Source: Macrostomum lignano
Taxonomy: Eukaryota
DNA: 64,000 nt
Direction of reading: 5' to 3'
NCBI GenBank assembly: GCA_002269645.1
Contig: NIVC01002418.1
Coordinates: 81,969-145,968 of the forward strand
The notes below the pieces were generated by a model. It ran no database searches. It saw nothing but the letters and a program-made list of their open reading frames with translations, and was not told the DNA's origin. Shown piece after piece: positions 1 to 12,250 of this stretch. Both the position numbers and the translations under genes were made by a program. Numbering within the stretch: the first letter of the stretch is position 1; every line of letters starts with the position of its first letter.

Positions 1-2722
1 CTAATTATTAATTCTTTAAAGGCAGCAACCTAAGTCAAGTGGTCCATAGATAGTATGGCACTCTTAGTCTTATGTAATAATAGCCTAGGCTAAATTCCAA
101 ATCCAAGTGTAGGCATATTAATTTAAGGCTAATTTAGAATCTTAGCAAGGATCTGCTTAAGAAATTAATGCCTAATACCTTAGCCATATATTTATACACT
201 TTATTGCACCTTAAGAGGTTAGGCCTCAAGGGTAGGCTATTAATTCCATAATTTGTACTTTATTATTGATAAATAAAGACTAGTTAGGCCTTAGGGGCCA
301 CTGCACTGTATAAGTATATATACCATTGTGGGCAGTAATGCCTTTTGCAATATGTGAAAATTTCACTTAAAGTATACTAGGCCCACCAGGGTGCATATTA
401 TTATAGCCACCCTGTCTCTGAGGATTGTGTCTGTAAAGTAGTTTTACTATCAAAAAGCATCAAATTTAAACAATATTTATAACATATTAAATGTACTGTG
501 TTGTGTATTTATAATTGTATCATAAATACAATACAAATACAATACTAGAAATAAAATTTGTCTATTGACACTATCGTAGTATTCGTAATCGTATTCGTAG
601 AAAACTAATAAACAAGACTCAATGACGATTGACGATGACGATTGGGTTGGATCTTGAAATCGATCTATCTGACCTAATGTTTGACAGCTGAAGTGCATAT
701 TCTATTTCTAAATTTTATTGGGGCAACACTGCTCTCGACTGGACAGAGTGCCGGCCGGTCACCGTGATTTGGAGTCTCGAAAATTATTCAAATTTCCGTT
801 TAAGTTTTCATAGAACGCACAAATTTTAATTATCGCAAAGCGTTATTAAAAATCCGTTGCATGTAGTAAGCCTTTCAAGCTACCAAGACGTACATCAAAG
901 CGATAGTAGGATAGAAAGGTACTTAGGTACGTTGACAATAGGATTAAAACTAATGAATGGTTGCAATTTATTTCAGAATTAAATGTTGTTTTTGCCCAAA
1001 TTATCATAAAAACGAAAATTTATGTGTGTTTGTTTATCGTTTGACTACGTTGGTTGCCGAGAAGACAGATAGCTACCAAAGACTACTCGATTTGTTCGCT
1101 AAGTTTTTCTGGCAAGATTTTTCCGCTAATAATTTGCTATGCTAGGTAGTTTTGTCTAGTTTTTTGGAAAATATACCCATCTTCTAAAGAAGGATTGTCG
1201 GATAGCACTCTGCGCTGCCCAAGCAGCTCGATGCAGCCAGCAGCTTCCTGTAGCAGTAAAACGTCATGGAAACCTCTGTAGCTTGCGCCGACGTAACTGT
1301 TGGACATTAAATTACACCTGAGGGTTAACTCGTTAAATGATAAAATTTGTTATTAAATACGAACACTGCATGCATGGACCCCCTTTAGATATACTCTCAG
1401 GGCAGGCGGAATTAAGATCCTTTGCGGGATAATCTCCTGTGGCGAGCAGTTCGTCGGTGAGTATCAGCAATTCCGGCTGTGGGCAGTATGGCTCGGTGTG
1501 GACAATGTGGTATGTCAGCTAGAGTCGTTGAAGCGGCGATAACAGACGCGACCTTGATGTTTGACTAATAGCTAGTGTGAGCCGCATCAATTAAAACCTG
1601 CTGTTTAGCCATTTGGAAGCCAAAGGCCTGCACCGCAGGCCATACCGAAACGGCTCAAAAGTCCAGAGATTGAAAAATACATGGCATCAAAAAACCACAT
1701 GTATGGCCTGCTGTGCACGTCAAGACTGATTTAAATAATTGTCCATTATGCATTTCCATTATGTTTTCACTCAAATTTCAGAGGTGAAATAAGCGTGTAC
1801 AGTGAAAATATGAGGTGATGCACAAATGTATGGTCGTATTAAATATAGCTAAATTTAATCACTTCACGCATACGAGTATTATAACTAGTATTAAACAAAT
1901 ACGAAATTTGACTGCATGGTTCCAAAGAAAACAAGGACATGAAAAGAAAAGTGTAACAGGTTTCAAGTTAGGAGACGCCAATTCAGGACCGCTCGTGTGG
2001 GAGCTCAATGTGTCTCTGTCCAGATCCTGAAGCATGGATCTGGACAGAGACCAGGATGTCCGGGACATTGGCTGCAGCAAAATATACTGTCTTCTTAGCT
2101 GGAACGTCAGGTTTCAAAGAGCACATTGGGCATAGTTTGCTTGGGCGAGCCTGGGCTTCCGTTGCTGGGAGTCTCATTGGTGAATGAATTGGACGGTTAG
2201 CCTGCATCGGGGCTGTATAAGTACACCGTAATTTCATGCGCTCAGTTAAATGTGCAAGTACTATAAAATCCAAAAACCATGCAGTCACACGCATCAGTGG
2301 GGGCATAGGAAAGCTGAAGCCTCTAAAAATATTTATAGGCTTTTGAAAGGTGCCCTCGATAACTTGCGAACACGGTCCCAGAATGGGGAAGTGCGGCAGC
2401 TGCGTGCTCACTCCGGCATTGAAATGAGAGCAGTCTGCCCAATCTCAATAGTTCTCAAATTCAAAGGGGACCCATCCTGGGAGGAGGTCAAAGTATAGTC
2501 AGGACCCTGTAAAAGAAAAAAATCATGTTAAGTACATTCATGTATTTTCTACATGAAAAAAGAAGACACGAAAGTTTTATATACGCGGAAGTACCAATCT
2601 CAAATAGTCAGAGGTCTACAAAAAGTGAAAAGAACTGGTATAGTAACTTTATTTTTGTTAAAAGTTAAGCACTCATATTAGTGGTGGAAAAGTTTTAATA
2701 AGTTTTTTAATTGGAAAGGTAC
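1..2722. repeat. Segmental (tandem) duplication copy A, matches 12650-15371; left end runs off the window
   Basis: Base-by-base match at offset 12649 (ctaattattaattctttaaaggcagc... through ...ttggaaaggtac). About five differences seen by eye. The ORF track shows identical ORFs (477/13126, 1815/14464, 1983/14632, 2250/14899). Confidence 0.97.
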
Positions 2723-3025
2723 GGGAATGGCCGGGAATGACAGTGAATATGGCCGGGAATGACAGTGAATATGGCCGGGAATGGCAGTGAAGATGGCCGG
2801 GAATGACAGTGAAGATGACCGGGAATGACAGTGAAGATGGCCGGGAATGACCACAGTGAATATGGCCGGGAATGACAGTGAATATGGCCGGGAATGACAG
2901 TGAATATGGCCGGGAATGACCACAGTGAATATGGCCGGGAATGGCAGTGAATATGGCCGGGAATGACAGTGAAGATGGCCGGGAATGACAGTGAATATGG
3001 CCGGGAATGACCACAGTGAATATGG
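2723..3025. repeat. 22-bp minisatellite (ggccgggaatgacagtgaatat)n at the duplication junction
   Basis: About 13 copies with ccac/aag variants. Starts immediately after the end of duplication copy A. Confidence 0.92.
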
Positions 3026-3908
3026 CAAGAGGTAGCACTGAAAAAGAGACAGTGGACACAACGTCAAGACAAATACCCCTGGAACAGAGCTAAAAGCAAG
3101 CCGACATATATAAACACATAAACACACAACACAGAAGCCGAGTCAGGAAGCCAAAGCAGAAGACATGAAAGGTATCTAGGCCCCTCCAATGAATGAAACA
3201 AACAGCGAGATAGTAGCTATAGATTCCAAATATGCATCATTACTGCACTGTGCCATCCTCCCGCCTTGATCAAGATAAGCGCTGTATGCAAACTTTTATT
3301 GAGTCATAAGTTCGGTCTTATTTTGCTCTACAACTCATGTCGGTATACTTCAATACAGATACTCTGCGCTCCTTGTCTCCGCGTTATAACTGATAAGCGC
3401 GCGCATTACCTGCCTACTCAAAATAGTGTTTGCGCGCAGGAAGTGGCGTAAGTGCCGAAAGACTGCACATCAAGGCGACAGGTGTCGTGAATCGTGAAAA
3501 ATTGCAAAGCTACCCGGTCACAACAGCGGCAAAGCAGAGATATGAGATATGGCTAACTACAGACCATAAAATCTTTCTAATTCGCTATAAAGACGGTCAC
3601 TCTAGGCCTTGGAGTGTGTTCGGCGACGGAGTGACAGGCTCTCACCTGGTATACGGGGTTTCTCCCGGCTCAAGGGAAACCAGTGGTGCAAATGATCCCC
3701 CAGTTGCCTGCAGCGACCCTGCCTGAAGGGAAGTTTCCGCCGGAGGAGAGTGGTGTCTGAGGAGGCCGGACCTGGTCGATTAAAAGCGGTTTGGTGGAGC
3801 CAGACCGTGTAATAGAAAGTAGCTTCGCAGTCAGGACCACCCAAAATCACTCGCCCCTGAATCTTTGCCCCTACTGAGTAGTAGGAAAATGGTACGGTCT
3901 GGCCACGT

Positions 3909-4048
3909 CGCTGATTGGCTGGCCAATCAATAGCTTTGGTTGGCCAGCCAATCAGCGAGGGGGAGCCAATCAGCGAGGGGGAGCCAATCAGCGAGGGGGA
4001 GCCAATCAGCGAGGGGGAGCCAATCAGCGAGGGGGAGCCAATCAGCGA
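3909..4048. promoter_or_regulatory. 18-bp inverted repeat plus tandem array of CCAAT-box 18-mers (agccaatcagcgaggggg)
   Basis: cgctgattggctggccaa (3909-3926) is the exact reverse complement of 3940-3957. agccaatcag occurs at 3946, 3964, 3982, 4000, 4018 and 4036. Regulatory function is not shown. Confidence 0.45.
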
Positions 4049-4447
4049 TGAGGAGGCCCCGGAGGCGGGGGTGGGGGCAGGCCAGAGGTGGGGTGGGGCA
4101 AGCCTAGGGGTGGGGTCGGGAAGCCCAGAGATGGGGTCGAGCAGGCCGGATGAGGTTCGGGCAGCTGAGTGTCTGGGTGAATGTCACTTCCTGTCACTGT
4201 CCTGCCAAAGCAAAGTGTGGCAATTAGGCTCATCCTCCGGCCTCTCCAATATTCTGCAGATCTTTGTGACGCAGCCCAAAATAGCTCTGTGCTACGAAAA
4301 GGAGAAAAGGAGGAGGCAACAAAACTGGGCTCAAACAATGAAATCAGACAACAATAAAAAATCTACGAGGTGCAATTAGTGCTCGCAAAGACTACTGGAT
4401 CAATTTTGCCTCACTATTGATCTACTAAATTAGCGATTTAAATCATT

Positions 4448-7400
4448 TCATATTGCTGCAGTTATTAGCGGACTAGAAGTGGATTTTGCTGCTAGAGCAG
4501 ATTTTCCTTCACAAGCCACCTTGGAGTAGGAAAATTTTCCTTTGCTCCGTCGCGAAGGCATGGACGAAGACGTGGAAGCTTTGTCAGCCACGGAGGCCAG
4601 CCGATGCTTGAGCGACCGTCTGGTCAGCTGCTGATGCGCCAGCTGCTGACTTTCTGCAGCAGCAGCTGGCTCAGCGCCAGCTCCATCAAACTCTTCTTCG
4701 TGGTTCGGAGTCGATACCGGAGTCGGCGGTGGAGACGGCGAGGCTGACACAGCAACCCGCGACGACTGCCGACTCTTACCGGGCCCGGCGAACAGCGACT
4801 GGCCAGCCAGCAGGAGCGACTGCGCCAGCCGGGACACCGACGGAGGCGACGCCATGGAGGAGCCGGTCGAGGCGGACGAGGCGGTGACCGCCCGGTCCTC
4901 ATCGTCCCCCAGGCCAGAGGCTTCGAAGGCCTCGGCAGCCAGCTGTCTCGGCAGGCTCCTACGCTGGCGAGACCGCTGCCTGCGACTGGCGTACCGGCGA
5001 CTTCTATTGGACGCCGATGACGCAGCGGAAGCCGCCGGACCGACCGGGTGAGAGCAGATCGCCCGGATCAGAGCGCGCTGCTGCTTCCTGGCAGCGGCTT
5101 TAGTGTCGTCAGTCTGGTACTTGGCCATCTGGGTGCTGTAGCCAGTTGGCTCAGTGAGCTCCCGGCTGACCTGCACTGCTGGGTACCGATCCTCATCAGC
5201 CTTCTGATCCTCCTGGCCAGCTTCCGTCTGGGCATCAGGCGCAGCTTGGTCAGCGGCGACACTGGTCTCTTCAATAAATCTATTGAATTTCGGGGCATTC
5301 TCCTGATTACTGTCACTATCCTGGCCAGCTGGCAGGCCGTCTGCGCTGCTATTGCAGGCGGAGAACTCTTGGCCTGAGTACATTGCCGGCATGCCCAAGT
5401 CGCCGCTTTCGGCTACTCCGCCCATCGGCGGCTCGGCATAGTGAGTGTCTAGCGGGGTGAACCGCCTGGGCTCGGCGCAGTAGTCTATGGCCGCACCGCC
5501 TCCGCCGCCGCTCTCAGCTGCCGGATAAAACACCGGGACATCGGCTGGCGGCCGGTACGGCATCGGGGTGGGCAGCTGCTGCCAGGGGGCAGCCCAGCTG
5601 GGCGGGGAGTGCGGCGGGATTAGGGGGGGATAATTCTGGGGGACTGCGCCAGTCTGACCACCAGGCTGTTGCTGGGACAGTTTACTGGGCGGCCAGTCGA
5701 CGAGGTGAAGCAGCTGCAGATGCGGTGGGTCGTCAGTCAATTTGTAGTTCAGTCCGATTGAGCATGGAGACTCCGATTTAATAGTTTAGAAATACAATTA
5801 AACTTGAAGTCCTCTGGGTGCTTACTGGGCAGGTGCGAAAAAACAAAACCCACCCTGAGGGCACTGTGGACACGGGCTGCAATAAAGCCAATTCCACCTG
5901 AGGGCACTGTGGACACGGGCTGCAATAAAGCCAATTCCACCTGAGGGCACTGTGGACACGGGCTGCAATAAAGCCAATTCCACCTGAGGGCACTGTGGAC
6001 ACGGGCTGCAATAAAGCCAATAAACACCTGAGAGCACTGTGGATACGGGCTGCAATAAAGCCAATTCCACCTGAGGGCACTGTGGACACGGGCTGCAATA
6101 AAGCCAATTCCACCAGAGGGCACTGTGGACACGGGCTGCAATAAAGCCAATTCCACCTGAGGGCACTGTGGACACGGGCTGCAATAAAGCCAATTCCACC
6201 TGAGGGCACTGTGGACACGGGCTGCAATAAAGCCAATAAACACCTGAGAGCACTGTGGATACGGGCTGCAATAAAGCCAATTCCACCTGAGAGCACTGTG
6301 GACACGGGCTGCAATAAAGCCAATTCCACCTGAGGGCACTGTGGACACGGGCTGCAATAAAGCCAATAAACACCTGAGAGCACTGTGGATACGGGCTGCA
6401 ATAAAGCCAATTCCCACCTGAGAGCACTGTGGACACGGGCTGCAATAAAGCCAATAAACACCTGAGAGCACTGTGGACACGGGCTGCAATAAAGCCAATA
6501 AACACCTGAGACCACTGTGGACACGGGCTGCAATAAAGTCAATAAACACCTGAGACCACTGTGGACACGGGCTGCAATAAAGCCAATAAACACCTGAGAC
6601 CACTGTGGACACGGGCTGCAATAAAGTCAATAAACACCTGAGACCACTGTGGACACGGGCTGCAATAAAGCCAATAAACACCTGAGACCACTGTGGACAC
6701 GGGCTGCAATAAAGTCAATAAACACCTGAGACCACTGTGGACACGGGCTGCAATAAAGCCAATAAACACCTGAGACCACTGTGGACACGGGCTGCAATAA
6801 AGTCAATAAACACCTGAGACCACTGTGGACACGGGCTGCAATAAAGCCAATAAACACCTGAGACCACTGTGGACACGGGCTGCAATAAAGTCAATAAACA
6901 CCTGAGACCACTGTGGACACGGGCTGCAATAAAGTCAATAAACACCTGAGACCACTGTGGACACGGGCTGCAATAGTGTGCAAAAAACTGCAATTATTAT
7001 CGTATTAATTTACAATAGTTATTAATCTAGAACGGAAGTATAACTTTCTACAATTGAAATTGAAAAATTAGCAGTTTCACTTCGACTTGCGCGCCATGGA
7101 AACAGGTTTATATAAACTGTAAGCACGCAAATCGCAAAGCACCTGGAAATTCCATTAATTTACGTATTTAAGCAGGGCACGACATGCCAACAACCAAAAT
7201 GCTATCGTATAATGCAAACAAACAAAGTTGTTAAAGAGGCACAGCTATACCTGAGGACTGCACAGACATGTTCAGGGTAAGCAGAGACGGACTGGCAATT
7301 ATAATAAAACAAGCAAACTCGTTCCGGTTTAAAATTGTATTCACAATCACAAAAGCAGCCGCTCTTCTAGGGGCGGCCTACTAAAGCACCGGGGTGGGGT

Positions 7401-10400
7401 GGGGGCGGCCTGCTAAAGCACCGGGGTGGGGTGGGGGCGGCCTGCTAAAGCACCGGGGTGGGGTGGGGGCGGCCTGCTAATGCACCGGGGTGGGGTGGGG
7501 GCGGCCTGCTAAAGCACCGGGGTGGGGTGGGGCCGGCCTGCTAAAGCACCGGGGTGGGGTGGGGGCGGCCTGCTAAAGCACCGGGGTGGGGTGGGGGCGG
7601 CCTACTAAAGCACCGGGGTGGGGTGGGGGCGGCCTGCTAAAGCACCGGGGTGGGGTGGGGGCGGCCTGCTAAAGCACCGGGGTGGGGTGGGGGCGGCCTA
7701 CTAAAGCACCGGGGTGGGGTGGGGGCGGCCTGCTAAAGCACCGGGGTGGGGTGTGGGCGGCCTACTAAAGCACCGGGGTGGGGTGGGGGCGGCCTGCTAA
7801 AGCACCGGGGTGGGGTGGGGGCGGCCTGCTAAAGCACCGGGGAGGGGGAGGGGCGGCCTGTTAAAGCACAGGGGAGGAGTGGGGCGGCCTGCTAAAGCAC
7901 CGGGGTGGGGTGGGGGCGGCCTGCTAAAGCACCGGGGTGGGGTGGGGGCGGCCTGCTAAAGCACCGGGGAGGGGGAGGGGCGGCCTGCTAAAGCACAGGG
8001 GAGGAGTGGGGCGGCCTGCTAAAGCACCGGGGTGGGGTGGGGGCGGCCTGCTAAAGCACCGGGGTGGGGTGGGGGCGGCCTGCTAAAGCACCGGGGAGGG
8101 GGAGGACCGGCCTGCTAAAGCACCGGGAGGGGAGGGGCGGCCTGCTAAAGCACCGGGGAGGAGTGGGGCGGCCTGCTAAAGCACCGGGGAGGGGGAGGGG
8201 GCGGCCTGCTAAAGCACCGGGGAGGGGGAGGGGGCGGCCTGCTAAAGCACCGGGGAGGGGAGGGGGCGGCCTGCTAAAGCACCAGGGAGGGGGAGGGGGC
8301 GGCCTGCTAAAGCACCGGGGAGGGGAGGGGCAGCCTGCTAAAACACCGGGGAGGGGGAGGGGCGGCCTGCTAAAGCACCGGGGAGGAGTGGGGCGGCCTG
8401 CTAAAGCACCGGGGAGGAGTGGGGCGGCCTGCTAAAGCACCGGGGAGGGGGAGGGGGCGGCCTGCTAAAGCACCGGGGAGGGGAGGGGCAGCCTGCTAAA
8501 GCACCGGGGAGGGGGAGGGGCGGCCTGCTAAAGCACCGGGGAGGAGTGGGGCGGCCTGCTAAAGCACCGGGGAGGAGTGGGGCGGCCTGCTAAAGCACCG
8601 GGGAGGAGTGGGGCGGCCTGCTAAAGCACCGGGGAGGGGGAGGGGCGGCCTGCTAAGCTAAAGCACCGGGGAGGGGGAGGGGGCGGCCTACTAAGCTAAA
8701 GCATCGGGGAGGGGGAGGGGTGGCGGAAACGGCCTGCTAAAACACCGGGGAGGGGGAGATGGCGGCCTGCTAAAAGACCAGGGAGAGGGTGGCAGGAGAG
8801 GCCAACTAAAGAGGGGTTGGCCTTCTCAAAAGAACGAGTACTGAAGTACTTGTAAGAATCAATAGGAAATCGAGGTGCACAATAAAGCGCTGGTAAAAGG
8901 CTGGAGTAATAACGATACTAAAAATCTCAGGCTCAACTGCCTCGTCATCTAATTAATTACCTAATTAGACCTAATAAATGGGGTTTTCACACTCACCGAG
9001 TGTCCGGCCGAGGCCAGCCGGTGCAGCACGCAAGCATCGTAGACGGTCCACCATTCGCCAAGGAACTCAGCCCGAAACTCGGCCGTCTGGTCCATCAATG
9101 GCCGCCGGCTCAACTGCCAGGGCTTCTGGCCGGCGCCGGCAAAGTGCACAACTTTGATAGAGTCGCGGAAATGCCGCAGCGCAGGCAAATAAGAATAGAA
9201 CGCGTAGGACAGGCAGTTGTAGCCAAATGGCAGGCGGCGGGAGATGTCCGCAGATTTCCATCGGTCCGCCAGGCACGTGTTCAGTAGGCCCTGGGAGGGA
9301 AGAGTGCGACTGGATAGTCATTGGCGTTGGGGAGATTTAGGGGCGATTTATGGCGGCTCTAAGAGGGATTGATGGGCGATTCCTAGGGGAGATCGATGGG
9401 CAATTCTTAAGGGAGATTGATGGGCGATTCCTACTAAAGGAGATTAATGGGCGTTTCTTAGGGGAGATTAATGGGCGATCCCTAGGGGAGATTGATGGGC
9501 GATTCCTAGGGGAAATTGATGGGCGATTTTTGGGGGAGATTGATGGGCGATTTCTAGGGGAAATTGATGGGCGATTACTACTAAAGGAGATTGATGGGCG
9601 ATTCCTAGGGGAGATTGATGGGCGATTCCTAGGGGAGATTGATGGGCGATTACTACTAAATGAGATTGATGGGCGATTCCTAGGGGAGATTGATGGGCGA
9701 TTACTACTAAAGGAGATTGATGGGCGATTCCTAGGGCAGATAATTGGGCGATTCCTAAATGAGATTGATGGGCGATTCCTAGGGGAGATCGATGGGCGAT
9801 TCTTAAGGGAGATTGATGGGCGATTCCTAGGGGAGATTGATGGGCGATTCTTAGGGGAGATCGATGGGCGATTCTTAGGGGAGATCGATGGGCGATTCCT
9901 AGGGGAGATTGATGGGCGATTCTTAAGGGAGATTGATGGGCGATTCTTAAGGGAGATTGATGGGCGATTCTTAAGGGAGATTGATGGGCGATTCTTAGGG
10001 GAGATTGATGGGCGATTCTTAAGGGAGATTGATGGGCGATTCTTAAGGGAGATTGATGGGCGATTCTTAGGGGAGATTGATGGGCGATTCTTAAGGGAGA
10101 TTGACGGGCGATTCTTAGGGGAGATTGATGGGCGATTCTTAAGGGAGATTGATGGGCGATTCTTAAATGAGATTGATGGGCGATTCTTAAGGGAGATTGA
10201 CGGGCGATTCTTAGGAGAGATTGATGGGCAATTCTTAAGGGAGATTGATGGGCGATTCTTAGGGGAGATTGATGGGCGATTCTTAAGGGAGATTGATGGG
10301 CGATTCTTAGGGGAGATTGATGGGCGATTCTTAAATGAGATTGATGGACGATTCTAAGGGGAGATTGATGGGCAATTCTTAGGGGAGATTGATGGGCGAT

Positions 10401-12250
10401 TCTTAAGGGAGATTGATGGGCGATTCCTAGGGGAGATTGATGGGCGATTCTTAGGGGAGATTTATGGGCGATTCTTAAGGGAGATTGATGGGCGATTCCT
10501 AGGGGAGATTGATGGGCGATTCCTAAATGAGATCGGTGGGCGATTCTTAAATTAGATTGGTGGGCAATTCCTAGAGATTGACGGGCGATTCTTAGGAGAG
10601 ATTGACGGGCAATTCTTAGGGGAGATTGATGGGCGATTCTCAGGGGAGATTAATGAGCATTTTTTTTGGAGATTAACGAGCGATTCTCAGGGGAGATTAA
10701 TGAGAGATTTTTTTGGAGATTAACGAGCGATTCTCAGGGGAGATTAATGAGAGATTCTCAGGGGAAATAAATAAGCGATTCTCAGGGGAGATTAACGAGC
10801 GATTCTCAGGGGAGATTAACGAGCGATTCTCAGGGGAGATTAACGAGCGATTCTCAGGGGAGATTAACGAGCGATTCTTGGGAAGACTTTTAGCGATTCC
10901 GATGAGCGTCCATGGTCACCTGGTCGGAGCCGTCCACCAAGCTGCCTGGCGAGTCAGCAGCCCGCCGCATCAGCAGCTGGAAGGTGGCCTCGCTGGGCCG
11001 CAGCACCATGACGCCAGAGTTGAACCAGTCCGGCCAGCCGGGGTCGGGCGCCGCCGACAGCTCGTCCCTGTCGAGCAGTTCGTCGATGTTAACCAGCGGC
11101 AGCGTGTCGGCGTCCATGTAGGCCACCTTGGCGAACTGCGAGAGCTGCCAGACCCGCAGTTTGGCCAGGCCCAGCGACTCGCCCTGCAGGTCCGGCCGGC
11201 CGAGGAGGTTCAAAGCGGCCGTGGCAGCCGAAGTTGCCGACGCCGGAACGAGGACAGGCTGCACCGGCTGTACAGAGTCCGCCACCTCAGCCAGCAGCGA
11301 CCTGGCAACAGGGCGGATTGCCACGGGTTTTATGGCGCGGGGAAGGACTGAACAGTAAGGGGTTTTGATTTTGCCTTTTTTAAAGTCTTCTTGACGCTCA
11401 TTGCGCTGGCATGATAGCAATCGAATACCCAAAATATTAATCTTTTTTGCGCCTCTGGCTTTCATTTGGCTCTCCTGACTCTCATTTGAGCATCCCTGAT
11501 ACACACATTTGAGCATCCCTGACACACATTTGAGCATCCCTGACACACATTTTAGCATCCCTGACACACATTTTAGCATCCCTGACAAACACTTCAGCAT
11601 CCCTGACAAACACTTTAGCATCCCTGACACACATTAGAGCATCCCTGACACAAATTTGAGCATCCCTGACACACATTTGAGCATCCTGACAAACATTTCA
11701 GCATCCCTGACACACAGTTGAGCATCCCTGACACACATTTGAGCATTCCCTGACACAAATTTGAGCATCCCTGACACATATTTTAGCATCCTTGACACAC
11801 ATTTGAGCATCCCTGACAAACATTTCAGCCTCCCTGACATATATTTTAGCATCCCTGGCACTAATTTTTGTGCATACCCCCAATGCCTCAAGTGTCCACT
11901 ATCAATGTTGGTACTATTGCTTATAACCAATCTAGATAGAATTTTAAACCCATTACATAGGCAAAAAGGTCATTAAATATAAGCTTGACCTTATTCTAAA
12001 TGGAAATCATCAATTAAAGATATATATTTCTATGCCTTTCAATAAAAAGCACATAGGTCACCACAAAAGTTTTAACCAATCAAGATAAGCAAATTAAAAA
12101 TTATTCTTACCTTAACTCATGACTAACAGCATCTGTAACCATGATGCAAATATGTTTAGATGTTTGCAATTGGCGCAATGCGTATGCCCATACTAAGGCA
12201 CCAATAGCATAAGAGTCATTTGTAGCCAATGTTACAAATGCTTCCATCAT
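4448..12250 (-). CDS. GYG1: Glycogenin (GT8 family self-glucosylating initiator of glycogen), 4 coding exons, about 693 aa
   Basis: Exons: 12250-12111 (MMEAFVTLATNDSYAIGALV, phase 2); 11301-10920 (YMDADTL DxD motif, ELSAAPDPGWPDWFNSG, DGSDQ); 9290-8997 (RLPFGYN..FYSYLPA with the acceptor Tyr, KVVHF, KPW); 5713-4448 (low-complexity tail). All junctions are GT-AG and in phase. Joining the last exon to this gene is inference. Confidence 0.9.
5851..6975. repeat. 43/44-bp minisatellite in glycogenin intron 3
   Basis: Unit cacctgag(ggc/agc/acc)actgtggacacgggctgcaataaagccaat(tc/aaa), about 25 copies. Confidence 0.95.
7368..8775. repeat. About 32-bp G-rich minisatellite (ggcggcctgctaaagcaccggggtggggtggg)n
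   Basis: More than 40 copies with multiple G4-G5 runs per unit. Confidence 0.95.
9335..10880. repeat. 24-bp minisatellite (ttcttaggggagattgatgggcga)n in glycogenin intron 2
   Basis: About 60 copies. Gives the repetitive plus-strand ORF (FLGEIDGR)n at 9350-10357. Confidence 0.95.
11485..11860. repeat. 22-bp minisatellite (tttgagcatccctgacacacat)n in glycogenin intron 1
   Basis: About 16 copies directly visible. Confidence 0.92.

Noticed and set aside
1983-2498. Opposed ORFs of 142 and 82 aa in the duplicated segment
   Set aside because: No recognisable domain and no consistent splice frame.
3600-3900. RNase P/MRP-like RNA (gggaagtttccg, tggag, tagaaa)
   Set aside because: No matching P4 partner (CR-V) was found by eye. 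An Infernal search would be needed; not supported as is.
5749-6993. Long ORFs in minisatellites (also 2673-3127, 8064-8435, 11482-11930, 44119-47076, 53627-54279, 55496-56663, 59543-60346)
   Set aside because: They are by-products of stop-free repeat units in introns or transposon arms, often open in several frames.
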